Source: an uncultured Nitrososphaeraceae archaeon
Lineage (GTDB): Archaea; Thermoproteota; Nitrososphaeria; Nitrososphaerales; Nitrososphaeraceae
NCBI GenBank assembly: GCA_963837175.1
Contig: CAWIMJ010000022.1
Location: 1 to 64,000, forward strand
Direction of reading: 5' to 3'
DNA length: 64,000 bases
In this document: positions 49,485 through 60,642 of the stretch, piece by piece
Layout: each line of letters begins with the position of its first letter
How positions within the stretch are numbered: the stretch's first letter is position 1
Position numbers and translations under genes: made by a program
The notes under the pieces: model-generated
Told to the model about the DNA's origin: nothing
What the model saw: only the letters and a program-made list of their open reading frames with translations
Databases searched by the model: none

Positions 49485-50033
49485 TTACAACTCTTCCATC
49501 ATTTCTGTATAATTATTCACAACTTTGTCTACAAAACTCTCTTGGTATTTGTATAATATATTCGCAATTGCCTCTCCATCTACAACTCTATAAAGCTGAC
49601 GCTTCTCTCCAGGTATTATTGATATTATTCCAGCATCCCTAAGCCGTTTCAGATACCATGAGACGGTAGATGGAGCTTTATTCACATGGTCAACTATTTC
49701 ATTAAAGATACATGAATCATGTTGCAGTATGAATATCGCCATCTTCCTTGTAACCTTATTTCTGAAATAACCAATAATATCTGATTCTTCCTTTGGAATA
49801 TTGACAATATAGTATCTCGTAACTCTGTTATTGTATCTATCGATCCTTATCTTACCCAGTCTTTCAAGTATTGTCAAATGATAACTCAATACTCCATTTT
49901 TTAATCGAGTTAAGCGTAAAAGCTCCTTGTATCTGATCCCTGGAGTTTTATAAATATTTTCTAAAATAACGCTTTTGGTATCGGGCTTGTTGATGTTTCT
50001 TGAAGTTATTTCTTCCTGTCTATATAATATCAC
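49485..50033 (-). CDS. Double winged-helix transcriptional regulator
   Basis: TPGIRYKEL..NGVLSYHL and FNEIV....KAPSTVSWYLKRL; GTGA overlap with the upstream gene. Confidence 0.88.
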   Translation of the reverse strand: MILYRQEEITSRNINKPDTKSVILENIYKTPGIRYKELLRLTRLKNGVLSYHLTILERLGKIRIDRYNNRVTRYYIVNIPKEESDIIGYFRNKVTRKMAIFILQHDSCIFNEIVDHVNKAPSTVSWYLKRLRDAGIISIIPGEKRQLYRVVDGEAIANILYKYQESFVDKVVNNYTEMMEEL

Positions 50034-50449
50034 GATTTATTATTCACCCTAACAAATCCAATGCCAAATAAAGTAAGCATTACAAATAGAATTAAGTGTG
50101 GTATTTCTATATTAACTACGGGAATTATTATATTTGTATCCTCTATTTCCATCATGGAATAAGATAGGTATAGGATTTCAATTACCACAAGTGAGAAGAA
50201 ACCAAGGGTCATAAATAATAGCCTGGAACTACTCTTTCTCTTGTATGCAAGCGTTGATACAACGCTTAGAAAAACTGCTATAATGAGGCTTACTATATGA
50301 AGAAAAATGTGATAAATAATATTTGTATGTGTGATGTTTGGAAGAATTACAGGTATAGCGAGTATAGCAGTTATAGATACAGATATAATTAAAAATAATT
50401 TATATTTACTAGCTGTAATATTCTGTAAAGATGCCTTTCCTGACTGCAA
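50030..50449 (-). CDS. His-rich 4-TM protein, candidate membrane metal sensor
   Basis: THTNIIYHIFLH and EIPH in or near TM helices; AYKRK.S.RLLFMTLGF. Confidence 0.75.
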   Translation of the reverse strand: MQSGKASLQNITASKYKLFLIISVSITAILAIPVILPNITHTNIIYHIFLHIVSLIIAVFLSVVSTLAYKRKSSSRLLFMTLGFFSLVVIEILYLSYSMMEIEDTNIIIPVVNIEIPHLILFVMLTLFGIGFVRVNNKS

Positions 50450-50477
50450 TGCCCATATTAGTAATATTTGAACTAAT

Positions 50478-50503
50478 TTAAATACTATGGTACAAATATC
50501 GAA
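50478..50503 (-). promoter_or_regulatory. Regulon motif plus TATA, site A
   Basis: Coding strand TTCGA-TATT-TGTACCATA-GTA-TTTAA, 29 nt from the start. Confidence 0.7.
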
Positions 50504-51033
50504 GTTAACATTTAATTATTAGTAAAAATAACAAAAATTTGCATCAGATAGATTTTCCTTTATACTAAGAATCGCTACCGTTGTTATGAGGAGATCCAAC
50601 ATCTTTTCTTGTAAAATATATATTTTGTTAGCAGTAGAAAGAACTGAGTAAAATAACTTTACAATAACGGCCTATAATACTGTAGTATTATATTATATGT
50701 GTCTCTCTCACATATGCTTCTGTACATAAGTAATAAAGCTCTATAGTGCATCTTAATTTATAAACACAGTTAATTATAATATTAATAGTATAATAGAAAA
50801 ATATTAAATTAAGTATGCTTTTGTTGCATTCCGAAGCTCATAATTACCATTACCTTATTGTGAAGTTAAGATGGATATCGCATTAACTACCTATTTTTAC
50901 ATAATAATTATTTTACCCAGTTCTATCTACTGCTACAAAATATATATTTCACAAGAAATAAAAAATTCTTTTTTATTTATGCTGTATATATTATCTTAAC
51001 GGGGATGATGAACATCAAAGAGAAAAGGACTAA

Positions 51034-51504
51034 AGCTCACGAATTATCAAGATTAATGATAATCAATCCAAGATCTTAAAACATATTGCTAAAACTCCAG
51101 GAGTTAGATATAGAGAGCTTTTAAGATTAACAAGGCTAACCAACGGTGTACTTTCATATCATCTGAAAATTCTTGAGGAATCAAGAAGTATAAAAGTTAA
51201 TAGAGAGGGGATTAAAATGACAAGGTATTATCCAAAAAATATCAAGACTAAAGAATTTCATGTTATAGCCTATACCAGAAATAGTACGGCTAGACAGATA
51301 ATACAATTATTGCTTAAACAAGGCCATTCTACTTTTAAAGATATTGTAAAACACACAAACAAAGTACCATCCACAATATCATGGCATCTGAAAAGACTTG
51401 AGAACGGGAAAATTATCTCAGTTAGTCACAAGAAATTTCATGTATATAGAATAAGGAATAAAGAGAAAGTAGGCGAAATAGTTGCCAAATATACAAATAT
51501 ATAG
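51034..51504 (+). CDS. Double wHTH paralog of 49485-50033 (no canonical start)
   Basis: Frame open from 51034: KTPGVRYRELLRLTRLTNGVLSYHL...PSTISWHLKRL. Confidence 0.7.
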   Translation, partial: SSRIIKINDNQSKILKHIAKTPGVRYRELLRLTRLTNGVLSYHLKILEESRSIKVNREGIKMTRYYPKNIKTKEFHVIAYTRNSTARQIIQLLLKQGHSTFKDIVKHTNKVPSTISWHLKRLENGKIISVSHKKFHVYRIRNKEKVGEIVAKYTNI

Positions 51505-51952
51505 ATAAGTAGAATACCAGTTAATAAATAAAAGCTTATCTTAACTTAAAGAAGCCTATAACATCTATATTATTTATATAATACTCCTCCAAATTGTAAT
51601 ACAATCTCTTGGGATAACCTTTTGTATAAATCGAACATGCTATTATCACACCTATTATTGAAATAATTACGCAGGTATTCCTAATAGACCCAGTTTGAAA
51701 AATTTAGGGAAATCAAATAGATCGACCTAACCCCAATTTAACTACAAATGCTATTATAATCGAAGACATAAACTAATGTGCATTTAGCTGATGATAGACA
51801 TCGCATTTTACATTCAATAGATAAAATAATTCATCCCATTAAGGATTCTGTAAAGTCATTATCTCATAGTATATGTATAATGTCTAGCACAATGAGACTA
51901 AGAGTTTACAGTATCACAAAATAAAGAAAATGATATGTATTAGTCATCATTT

Positions 51953-52738
51953 TTATTGAGGAGCTTTAACTGTTACCTTAAAAGAGTGATTTAGATCATA
52001 TGCCCCATTTCTTTGTACAATAATCTTGATATCCCATTCACCAGGCTGGCTAATATAACCTCCCTCAGTGCCATATACTCCATTTTCAAGTTTATGCAAA
52101 TTTGCAACAATTGGTCCTATTCCAGCTTGTTTGTCATTAAATTGCATTATGACATTCTTTATATTGGTAGGAGCCTTGCCTGATGCATCAGTAAGTGTTA
52201 CATTGAATTTATTATTTATACCAGCATACAATGGACTTATTTTATATTGCAAAGTTATATTATCGATCGTAACTTGATCGGAGAATGTATTATTTTTATT
52301 TGATAAGTTAGTTTGAGCAGCTGCTGCCTGTGCAGGTTTTATGGTAAATACATAAGAACCTTTTGTTATGTGTCCGTCATCACGAGAGAATGCAAGCCAG
52401 GAGACAGTATAAACTCCAGGTGTAAGTTTATTCTTATCTAGTGTAACAGTAGCTTGTCTACCATTTTGCCCTGTAATTGCATAATCATTATTATCTACCC
52501 GATTATTTTTGGCATCTGTTACATGTATATAGCTTGCTTTTGGTTCTGGCCTTTCTGAAAATGATATTACCACTTTTGTTGGCAGAGATCCATTTTGTAC
52601 AATAATAGAATTTATTGCTGGAGAATATGACACAGGAGATGCGTGACCATAAACATTACTTGAAAATGAGCTCACAATAACAGGAACTAGAAGCAATGTG
52701 ATTATTGCATGACTTAGTGAAAAATAATTTTTTTGCAT
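51953..52738 (-). CDS. copC: CopC domain plus YtkA/FixH-like domain, exported
   Basis: VYG|HASPVSYSP, DDGHITKGSYVF; C-terminal G.Y..ISQPGEWDIKI. Confidence 0.85.
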   Translation of the reverse strand: MQKNYFSLSHAIITLLLVPVIVSSFSSNVYGHASPVSYSPAINSIIVQNGSLPTKVVISFSERPEPKASYIHVTDAKNNRVDNNDYAITGQNGRQATVTLDKNKLTPGVYTVSWLAFSRDDGHITKGSYVFTIKPAQAAAAQTNLSNKNNTFSDQVTIDNITLQYKISPLYAGINNKFNVTLTDASGKAPTNIKNVIMQFNDKQAGIGPIVANLHKLENGVYGTEGGYISQPGEWDIKIIVQRNGAYDLNHSFKVTVKAPQ

Positions 52739-52764
52739 ATGAGATAAATATGTATATCTCAGTC

Positions 52765-52790
52765 TTAAACTTTATAGTACATCTCTCGAA
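52765..52790 (-). promoter_or_regulatory. Regulon motif plus TATA, site B
   Basis: TTCGA-GAGA-TGTACTATA-AAG-TTTAA, 27 nt from the ATG; inverted half-site at 52830-52838. Confidence 0.75.
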
Positions 52791-53054
52791 TATTGAATAA
52801 AAGATATTATAAAAATTATAAAATGGATAATGTACTATCATCTTTCTATCTCTGCAAAAAGGTACCTGATGCTCTTATCATGCAATATATATTAAAAAAC
52901 ATGCTGAAGTAATTATCATTATTTTGCTGTTGCTGCAATGATAATTGGACTAATTTTATGGAATAGAATAAGATAAAAAAACTCATTAGAGCAGCATCAT
53001 ACACCCTACAATTCTTATTAAATAAAAAGACAACAGACTGAATATATATCTAAA

Positions 53055-53777
53055 TTAAGTACTTTTGCGAGAAAATGCCACGACTGCTATAACAATTCCT
53101 GCCACACCAACTCCCATTCCCGTTATACCTATCAGGAAGGATTTATCTGCTGTCTTTTTCACATCTTGAAATGATTTCTGTATATTTGCATCATTTTTAG
53201 CTAAGGTATCTATATCACCTTTAGTAACATCAATATCGTTTGTTAATTGGCTGAGGATTCTTTCAACTTCTGCTCCAATGCTAGTGGCAGGAGTATTAGT
53301 ATTAGTACCCTCACCAGTATTGCCAGAATCTGGAAAAGAGAGCTTTTGCTTACTTTCTACATCATCTAGGGGTATTTCAGCATTGACAATACTCTGTCCT
53401 TGTAATGTTCCATTCAATACCAAACTATAAGATCCTAGTCTTGTTGGAATCATCTCAGCTTGATATAGTCCTGCTGACTGTTCTGATGGTTTAAAATCAA
53501 GAGTCTTTGTTACTCCACCGTATTTTACCAAGATATACATTTCAGCTAAGGCATTTCTTACTGGTGTAGAATTGCTCTCAGTTCCTTTGTTTACTTGAAC
53601 AATAGCATTATTTATTTCACCAACAAGTGATGGCTCGTTACTCCAACCTACCTCCACTGTAAAATTACCAAATGTCTTTGATATGTGAGCATATACAGGA
53701 ACCTGAGTACTAGATGCAAAAACAGTAATCAGCAATAACACAGCAATGATCATCAAGGGTATTATAATAAATTTCAT
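53055..53777 (-). CDS. Exported, C-terminally anchored protein with predicted N-terminal His
   Basis: VYA|HISK, VGW.NEP, IPTR.GSY; coiled stalk and TM. Confidence 0.8.
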   Translation of the reverse strand: MKFIIIPLMIIAVLLLITVFASSTQVPVYAHISKTFGNFTVEVGWSNEPSLVGEINNAIVQVNKGTESNSTPVRNALAEMYILVKYGGVTKTLDFKPSEQSAGLYQAEMIPTRLGSYSLVLNGTLQGQSIVNAEIPLDDVESKQKLSFPDSGNTGEGTNTNTPATSIGAEVERILSQLTNDIDVTKGDIDTLAKNDANIQKSFQDVKKTADKSFLIGITGMGVGVAGIVIAVVAFSRKST

Positions 53778-53910
53778 TTTAGTATTGAAAAATACATATT
53801 GTTATATTATCATTTACGAAGAATCTTGATACTAATCTTTATTGTCTTTCATCGAAAATATACTATAAAAGGTAAAAATGCTATAAACTCAATACGCTAT
53901 ATACATTATT

Positions 53911-56900
53911 ATGAGAAGACATTTTGGAAGGTTACATTTCCATCATATCTTATGTCCTGTTATAGTGATTGCAGTATTATCAATTTTAATGTTAATTTCT
54001 TTACCATCCATACCTAAATCATATGCTCATGCTTTTGTAATGAATAGCAATCCATCGCCTTCACAAACTTTAGAGTCACCACCGACAAAAGTCGAAGTTT
54101 ACCTTAGTGAACCAGTTGATCTAAGATACAGTAAACTGAGTGTTATAGGTCAAGATGGAAAGCAGATAGACAACAAGAATGTACAATATGTTAACGGGGA
54201 TCAAACTGCATTAACTGTTACTCTTCCCCATGATATTAAGGATGGATTGTACACAGTCTCTACAAAAATGCTCTCTCAAATAGATGGTCATGTTACAGAC
54301 AATGCTTTTGTATTTGGAGTAGGTGAGGCAGAAATTCCAAATAATATTTCAAGTGAAGGTCTACAGTCTTCTTCTTCTCAACTATCAATACTTGATGCAA
54401 TTGCAAGGTTCCCTGCATTGGTCGGTCAAGTCATGATTGTTGGTGCAGCATTTGCAAATCTATGGTTATGGAGACCTATGTCTAAAATTAATTGGTTGAA
54501 AAGTGCTTTTGCACAAACAAGGAATAGAGTTGACAGGAGTTTAATAAAATTGATAGTAGTTGGTTCTGTTATACTAGTTTTATCTGATTTCGGCATGATT
54601 TATGTTCAAGCCTATTCCATCAATGCGGGAATAGCTGATGCTATTGCCACGAAGTTTGGCACTATATGGATTGTTAGAACTTTAGAATCTTTTGTAGTAC
54701 TTGTTATTGCAGTAGTTATACACCTAAAGTTAAAAAAAACAAATTCTACAATTCCATCTAAGCAAGATATTTTGAGTATATTAGTAGTTGGCCTTGCAAT
54801 GCTTGCGACTACTACTTTGATTGGACACAGCTCTGCTGTTGGTAATGTAATACCAATTGCAATAGATTTTATGCATAATTTAGCAGCCTCGATATGGATT
54901 GGTTCTGTTATTTACCTCGCCTTTGTTGTAGTTCCAAAAATAAAGCAAGCACCTCTCGAGGAACACGTAAAAGCTTCAGTATTGTCAATCATAATTCCAA
55001 GATTTTCAACTATCCCGGTAGTGATACTAGGAATAATAGTAATTACAGGACCATTTCTGTTATACATTCTCGAAACTAATCTTGACTTAATTTTAGCATC
55101 TTTGTACGGAAAAGCGCTTATAGCAAAATTAGTACTCGCTGCAGTAATGATCAGTATCGGAGGATATAATCAGACAGTAATATACAGACAAGCCCTGAAG
55201 GTTGCTGCTATTGCTATGACTACTTCATCATCATCAACATCAATAACAACATCACCACCGACAAGAACTCTTAGTACTAGTAATAGAAGCAGCTCACTGA
55301 AAAGAAGACAAGGAGCACCCAAGCAAACACAAAATAACAATGACAAGGAATTGCCATCATCTTCCTCTTCCTCCTCCTCTTCTAATTCATACAGACATTA
55401 TATTTCAAAGATGTCTACTGTTTCAAAATTAAACACGAGTACAAAGATTGAAGCAATTGTCGGAATCCTTCTACTTGTAGCTGTTGCTGTATTGGTTAAT
55501 ACAGGGTTGCCAGCAAGCGAGTTCCAGAACCAACAACAGATAATACAACAAAAGATACAAGCAGAGGCTCAGACTTTGTCCTCAAAAAATATAAAATACA
55601 ACACATTTACATCTACAAAGTTCGTAGAAAATGGCACTAGAATCAAGCTATCAATAGATCCGTTTACTCCAGGTAATAACAATTTCAAAATATCATTTTT
55701 AGATCAAGACAGAAATCTTTTAGATATAAAGTCTGTGAAATTGAAACTAACCCAAATAGAACAAGGTATAGGTCCAATTGAAGTAGACACTAAACAGATT
55801 TCTAAAGGAATATTTTCTGCTAATGCTGCTTTTGGTTTATCTGGAGAATGGAACGTACTGGTCGAAGCATTTCAGAATAAGGCAAATTCGCTCAATGTTG
55901 TTGCAACCTATAATTTATTTGTGAAACCCACGCTAGATCAAATGAAGTTTAATGTAAGGGAATTTAGAATAACTGGTAGTAATAATGATAGCCAACCTTT
56001 GTACCCTCTCTATGATAATAGTCGTAACGTAATATGGGTTGGAGATACAGTAATTGATAGCGGTAGAATATTTGAATTTAGCCTAAATTCAAATAAATTT
56101 ACAGAACATAATATCAATGATACTAGTATTGTAACTGTTATGGCTTTGGACCATAATAATCAAATATGGTATGCTGACCCTTTAATGAGACACCTAGGAC
56201 ATTATGATCCAAATACCTATACAAACCAAATATACAAAATTCCAAGTCCAGATTTCAGTCCATCTGGTATAGCCATAGATAGGAGTGATAACGTATGGCT
56301 TACATCTGCAAACACTAGTAGTATATTGAGGTTTAACACTCAAGCTAAGAACTTCACAACCTTTCAGTCTCCAACTACAAATATAACTGCTGCATTAGAT
56401 ATTATGATAGATCCTTCAGATCAAATATGGATTGCAGAAGGAGTAGGAAAACTAGCCAATATAGATCCAGCTAACAACTTTAATGTTACTGAATATTCTC
56501 CAAAAGGCAAAAACAATACCCTAGTTAATCCTATAGCATTGCTTGCTGATCCTATTACCGGCGATATTTATATATCGGAACATGATGGATATGCAGTATC
56601 AGTTTTCAATCCAGTAATAAAGACATTTAAAGAATATCTACCTCTTAATTCAAATGGTAAGCCATTTGGAATGGCACTAGATAGCAATAAAAATTTGTGG
56701 ATTGCTGAGCAAACTATAAACAAAATAGCAATAATAGATCCCCGCACTGGTGAACATAAGGAAGTAACAATACCTTCACCAAGTCCATTCATCCAATGGC
56801 TAACTTCAGATTCCAGAGGGAACATATGGTTTGCAGAGCAACGAGGAGATTCCCTTGGTGTTATAACAATCAATGCTAATCCTTTACAATCTGGCTCCCC

Positions 56901-57123
56901 AGCAGGAGATACTACTGCTAATAGTTTAAGTAATAACAATCAATCCAGCAGTAATGGATATAATGGTTTTATTCCTCATCAATATGGTTTTAATTATACT
57001 GAAATCGTTGGTCCTGCAGTAGCTGCAGGTATAATAGCCAGTGCATTATTTTATACAAAAAGCATTACTGATTTAAGAAATAGCATGAAGCAAGCAAATA
57101 AAGGCGTTAACAGCAAGTGTTGA
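53911..57123 (+). CDS. CopC-CopD-YtkA-Vgb-like beta-propeller fusion protein
   Basis: SYA|HAFV..DGH (CopC); GHSSA..HNLAASIWIG (CopD); GEWNV (YtkA); IW.AE propeller repeats; C-terminal TM. Confidence 0.88.
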   Translation: MRRHFGRLHFHHILCPVIVIAVLSILMLISLPSIPKSYAHAFVMNSNPSPSQTLESPPTKVEVYLSEPVDLRYSKLSVIGQDGKQIDNKNVQYVNGDQTALTVTLPHDIKDGLYTVSTKMLSQIDGHVTDNAFVFGVGEAEIPNNISSEGLQSSSSQLSILDAIARFPALVGQVMIVGAAFANLWLWRPMSKINWLKSAFAQTRNRVDRSLIKLIVVGSVILVLSDFGMIYVQAYSINAGIADAIATKFGTIWIVRTLESFVVLVIAVVIHLKLKKTNSTIPSKQDILSILVVGLAMLATTTLIGHSSAVGNVIPIAIDFMHNLAASIWIGSVIYLAFVVVPKIKQAPLEEHVKASVLSIIIPRFSTIPVVILGIIVITGPFLLYILETNLDLILASLYGKALIAKLVLAAVMISIGGYNQTVIYRQALKVAAIAMTTSSSSTSITTSPPTRTLSTSNRSSSLKRRQGAPKQTQNNNDKELPSSSSSSSSSNSYRHYISKMSTVSKLNTSTKIEAIVGILLLVAVAVLVNTGLPASEFQNQQQIIQQKIQAEAQTLSSKNIKYNTFTSTKFVENGTRIKLSIDPFTPGNNNFKISFLDQDRNLLDIKSVKLKLTQIEQGIGPIEVDTKQISKGIFSANAAFGLSGEWNVLVEAFQNKANSLNVVATYNLFVKPTLDQMKFNVREFRITGSNNDSQPLYPLYDNSRNVIWVGDTVIDSGRIFEFSLNSNKFTEHNINDTSIVTVMALDHNNQIWYADPLMRHLGHYDPNTYTNQIYKIPSPDFSPSGIAIDRSDNVWLTSANTSSILRFNTQAKNFTTFQSPTTNITAALDIMIDPSDQIWIAEGVGKLANIDPANNFNVTEYSPKGKNNTLVNPIALLADPITGDIYISEHDGYAVSVFNPVIKTFKEYLPLNSNGKPFGMALDSNKNLWIAEQTINKIAIIDPRTGEHKEVTIPSPSPFIQWLTSDSRGNIWFAEQRGDSLGVITINANPLQSGSPAGDTTANSLSNNNQSSSNGYNGFIPHQYGFNYTEIVGPAVAAGIIASALFYTKSITDLRNSMKQANKGVNSKC

Positions 57124-57618
57124 TTATTAAGGCATAGGAGTAGTTAGTTGGTGTGCATTCTGCCGTATATCATGACGACTTTTAAGGAATTGCTTTTAAT
57201 CTTAATGTTTGTTTTATATGTTATGTATATATTTATTTTTTGAAGGATACTACCTGTATCTTAATATAAAGAAGGGCTCTTTTAACTTTGCCATTATCAG
57301 TTAAGACTGCTATGAGTTTAACTCTATCTGTTACCATATATAGAGATCAGTATATAGAGACACAAAATATATCCCGTATGCTATTACAGCTAGGCATGCT
57401 TCAGCTATAGACTATACCAATAAAAGAATTCACTTAAATTAACGAAGCCTAAATCACTCACTGCTACTTAGAAGAAGCATATTGGCAATAATAATAGCAG
57501 AGCAACAACAAGTATCGATAAAAATTAATATGAAATAAAATGAGATGAGAATATCATCTTGTTGTAATTTTATAGTAATTATTTTTTATAATAAGATCGC
57601 TCTTCCTATTTTGACTTT

Positions 57619-58240
57619 TTATTGGCCCATTGCTGCAGTAGCGTTAGGGCTGATGTCATCTGCTGATTCATATTCTTCATACAAATGCAAAATTTTATCG
57701 ACACCTATGGCCACTGTACCTCGTATCTGGTAACTTTATATCATCCACTCCTGGATTTTTAATCACTATATCTGTAATTATAAATCCACCTTGTGGAGGC
57801 AAATCTATATGATACATGCATAGCTTACCTGGAGTTGATAGATTTTGCACTAGTTTTAATTCAGCTGGTTGTAGTTCAGGTATGGATCCTGTAAGTACAG
57901 TCAATGTAGAATTTGAATTATCATCACATGGTATCTTTGCAGTGATATGTCCATTAACTATTGCATATGGTGCACTATCATAAAGTTGAATAAAACCACC
58001 TGCAGGAATTGTTTCATTTGAAAGGAGAATTGTAGAAGAGTCCCTTACTATTGTACCTTGCTGTTGTTTTGAACTTTCCTCTGCTATGCTACTAGGTTCT
58101 TCCATGGTGGTAGTATTTGTAGTTGTATTTGTAGTAGTCTCTTGTGCTACCGCAATATCTACAACTCTGTTTAACATAAAAACCATAGAAATTATAACTG
58201 CTATTAAAATGCCACTAACGAAAAATCTTTTGTTTAGCAT
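57619..58240 (-). pseudogene. Exported His/Cys protein, paralog of 61769-62269, one frameshift near the 3' end
   Basis: LYDS.PY.IVNGHI.AKIPC...TPG.LC.YH. Removing one G near 57720 restores TSTVAIGVDKI. Confidence 0.75.
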
Positions 58241-58265
58241 TAATGAATGGTCGTAGACATCATTT

Positions 58266-58291
58266 TTAAACTTTGTAGTACAACCATAAAA
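58266..58291 (-). promoter_or_regulatory. Regulon motif plus TATA, site C
   Basis: TTTTA-TGGT-TGTACTACA-AAG-TTTAA, 26 nt from ATG 58240; inverted half-site at 58304-58314. Confidence 0.65.
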
Positions 58292-58940
58292 CATATTCTA
58301 TAAATGTACTATAAAATAAATAAATGCATCAAAAGAATTACAAATAGTTTGGATTTGGATAATAATAGCAGTTGAACAACTATATATAGAAGACAATTCT
58401 TGGATTCATGTCTCATGAGAAAGAAACATGCTTTTGTAGTTGCATAATAATTTCTGAGTTAGTTAGCAAGGGAACATAAAAATTGCTATTTAAATAGAAG
58501 CAGTGTAATATGGTTGATATCATGCCAAGTCTAAAATTTCTGAAAATAATAATGCATATCTAATCTCTTCATTATTCATATGGAAAAAGTGTCATATGAA
58601 AGAGAACAATCCAATAATTGAAGAACAGAACTCAATGTTGTTGGTTATGCAATTAACAATAACCATTGACTATATATTGTTGCTACAATCAGGATGTATT
58701 CTCGTGACTTTAATAGGATATTCTTAGAGGGATATGGTAATATCAATCAATTTTTCTTTTGTTTCTTTAACTACATAAAGTCAATATCGATCTGGATGAT
58801 GTCTCCGGATGACATCTCAGTTTTTTTGATGTAACTATGGTATGATGTGTTTGACCTATTTTGGCATATTCAACTCATCCACGATAATATTATAAAGGCC
58901 TGGCTTTGGATTATTATTTATGATCTTACAGAAGACACCA

Positions 58941-59200
58941 CTAGCCTAACTTAACGGAGCAGTATAAAATTAAAGAAATTGAAATAAAAGTAGATAGTTT
59001 TGATACATTTGCGTTTTGTATATTCTGTAATTCAGCTAATGATATCGTGAGCTCATTAGCAACTCGGTGATTTCTTTCTTCGATTTCTTTTATCCAAGTT
59101 TTATTTAGAAGTTCAACAACATTTTCTGCATGTTTTTGAACCAATGAAACGTTGTTGTTAGTTATGAACTCATCTGGAAAGTAATTTGATATATTACTCT
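58941..59200 (-). pseudogene. Gene fragment truncated by the adjacent IS relic
   Basis: Helical fragment QKHAENVVELL..WIKEIEERNHRVANEL; the frame begins at the IS junction. Confidence 0.45.
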
Positions 59201-59630
59201 AGATTCTCTCACTCGCTTACCTATAGCTTAAATCATGTCTAATTGATGCTAGTGAGATTCGAAGAGCTAATGGATGATCATTGGAAGCTATTAGTACCAT
59301 CAATTCCTGCTCCTGCTCATACTGGTAGACCTAGAGCTGATGATAGGAGTACTATCAATGGCATCTTGTATGTCCTTATGAGTGGATGTAGATGGATGGA
59401 TGGATATGCCTCCAAAGTATAGCTCCTACAAAACAGTTTGGGAACGGCACAAGAAGTGGAGTATCAAAGGTGTATGGAAAAATATTATGAATTCCCTGGT
59501 ATCACGTAGCTATGCTTCTGGATTGATAAACATAGACTACCTATCTGTAGATAGCAGCACTGTAGGAGCCAAGAAAGGGGGCAAGAAATAGGCTTTGATG
59601 ATGGTCATAAGCGGATGAAGGGAAGCAAGG
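59201..59630 (+). mobile_element. Truncated IS5-family element
   Basis: TGRPRADDR..INGILYVL.SGCRW.DMP..Y.SYKTVW.R...W, VDSS.V.AKKGG; 4-bp gatg slippage; 3' half missing. Confidence 0.8.
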
Positions 59631-60060
59631 ACATTTTGCAAAGAATGGTGCAGCAGCCAACGCTGGATGAGTATAGAGGCCATCCACAATTACTAGTCCT
59701 AACAAGCCGAGTACTCCTACTATAGCAAAGATTGCCAACATTGTTTCTGTAGGCATCACTTGAGAATTGGTGGAATAATATATGAGTTTGTCGGTAAAAC
59801 CGTTGTTAACAAGATAAAGAAAAGGTTTTACATTAGTTTGTGCATATCTTTTCTGCAAGAAGAGACGGAAGGTAAAAGAAAAGTAGGGTACTTTAATTAA
59901 TACTTTTGAAGAAATTAGAAAATAACAACAACAAAAGCAAATCTCGCAAATCCAAATAGAGCTAGCATTAACCTATAAGAAGTATTAGAATGTTTGATTT
60001 ATTCAATTAGTAATTAAAAACCATATCAAAGTAAAGTGTATCCGAATCAAATGATATCGG

Positions 60061-60642
60061 CTATAATCCTTTTGGGAAATGATAACTTGAGGGTATTGTA
60101 TCTGGAGGCTTGCCGTAAACTATTGCAATCTCGTCATGGCTATTTAATTTTATATCTCTATAATCTACTGAACTTGCTTTGTTACCGTTTACGTATACGC
60201 TTAATGTGTTATTTTTATTGTTACTAACAATATTGTCAAATATCTGAGTATTGTTGAATTTTTCATTCCAAATATCAAAGAACTGTCCAAGGGTAAAGTT
60301 TCTATTTTCTGGTGATTCTATATGGATAACTCCAGTATCATCGTGTGTATGCATCCAATAGAGGCATTTGCTAGGTATGATACCAATTTGAGAAGGGACG
60401 GTGTAATGTTTGCCGTTAATAAAGATATCTAGATGTGCATGGATATGAAAAGTAAGATGTTCTATCACTTCACATCTTATATTGTCTATTCCTAATGAAG
60501 AAGACGATGCTGACGCTAACAATGTATTTGGTGCCATAGTCGCAAATATTCCAACACCTACAAAAATTGCAATCAAAACACTCATAGTAATAATAGTCAA
60601 TCTTTTGTAGTTTTTTTTGTTAGTGCTTGACCTGGGATGCAT
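60061..60642 (-). CDS. Membrane-anchored His-rich protein
   Basis: HIHAHL, CLYWMHTHDDTGVIHIESP, FTLGQFFDIW. Confidence 0.8.
   Translation of the reverse strand: MHPRSSTNKKNYKRLTIITMSVLIAIFVGVGIFATMAPNTLLASASSSSLGIDNIRCEVIEHLTFHIHAHLDIFINGKHYTVPSQIGIIPSKCLYWMHTHDDTGVIHIESPENRNFTLGQFFDIWNEKFNNTQIFDNIVSNNKNNTLSVYVNGNKASSVDYRDIKLNSHDEIAIVYGKPPDTIPSSYHFPKGL

Noticed and set aside
55950-56870. Virginiamycin B lyase resistance gene
   Set aside because: Only the propeller fold is shared; the catalytic His motif is absent and the domain is fused to CopCD.
59541-59858. 105-aa ORF as an intact gene
   Set aside because: Chimera of a small exported-protein start and antisense IS5 sequence.
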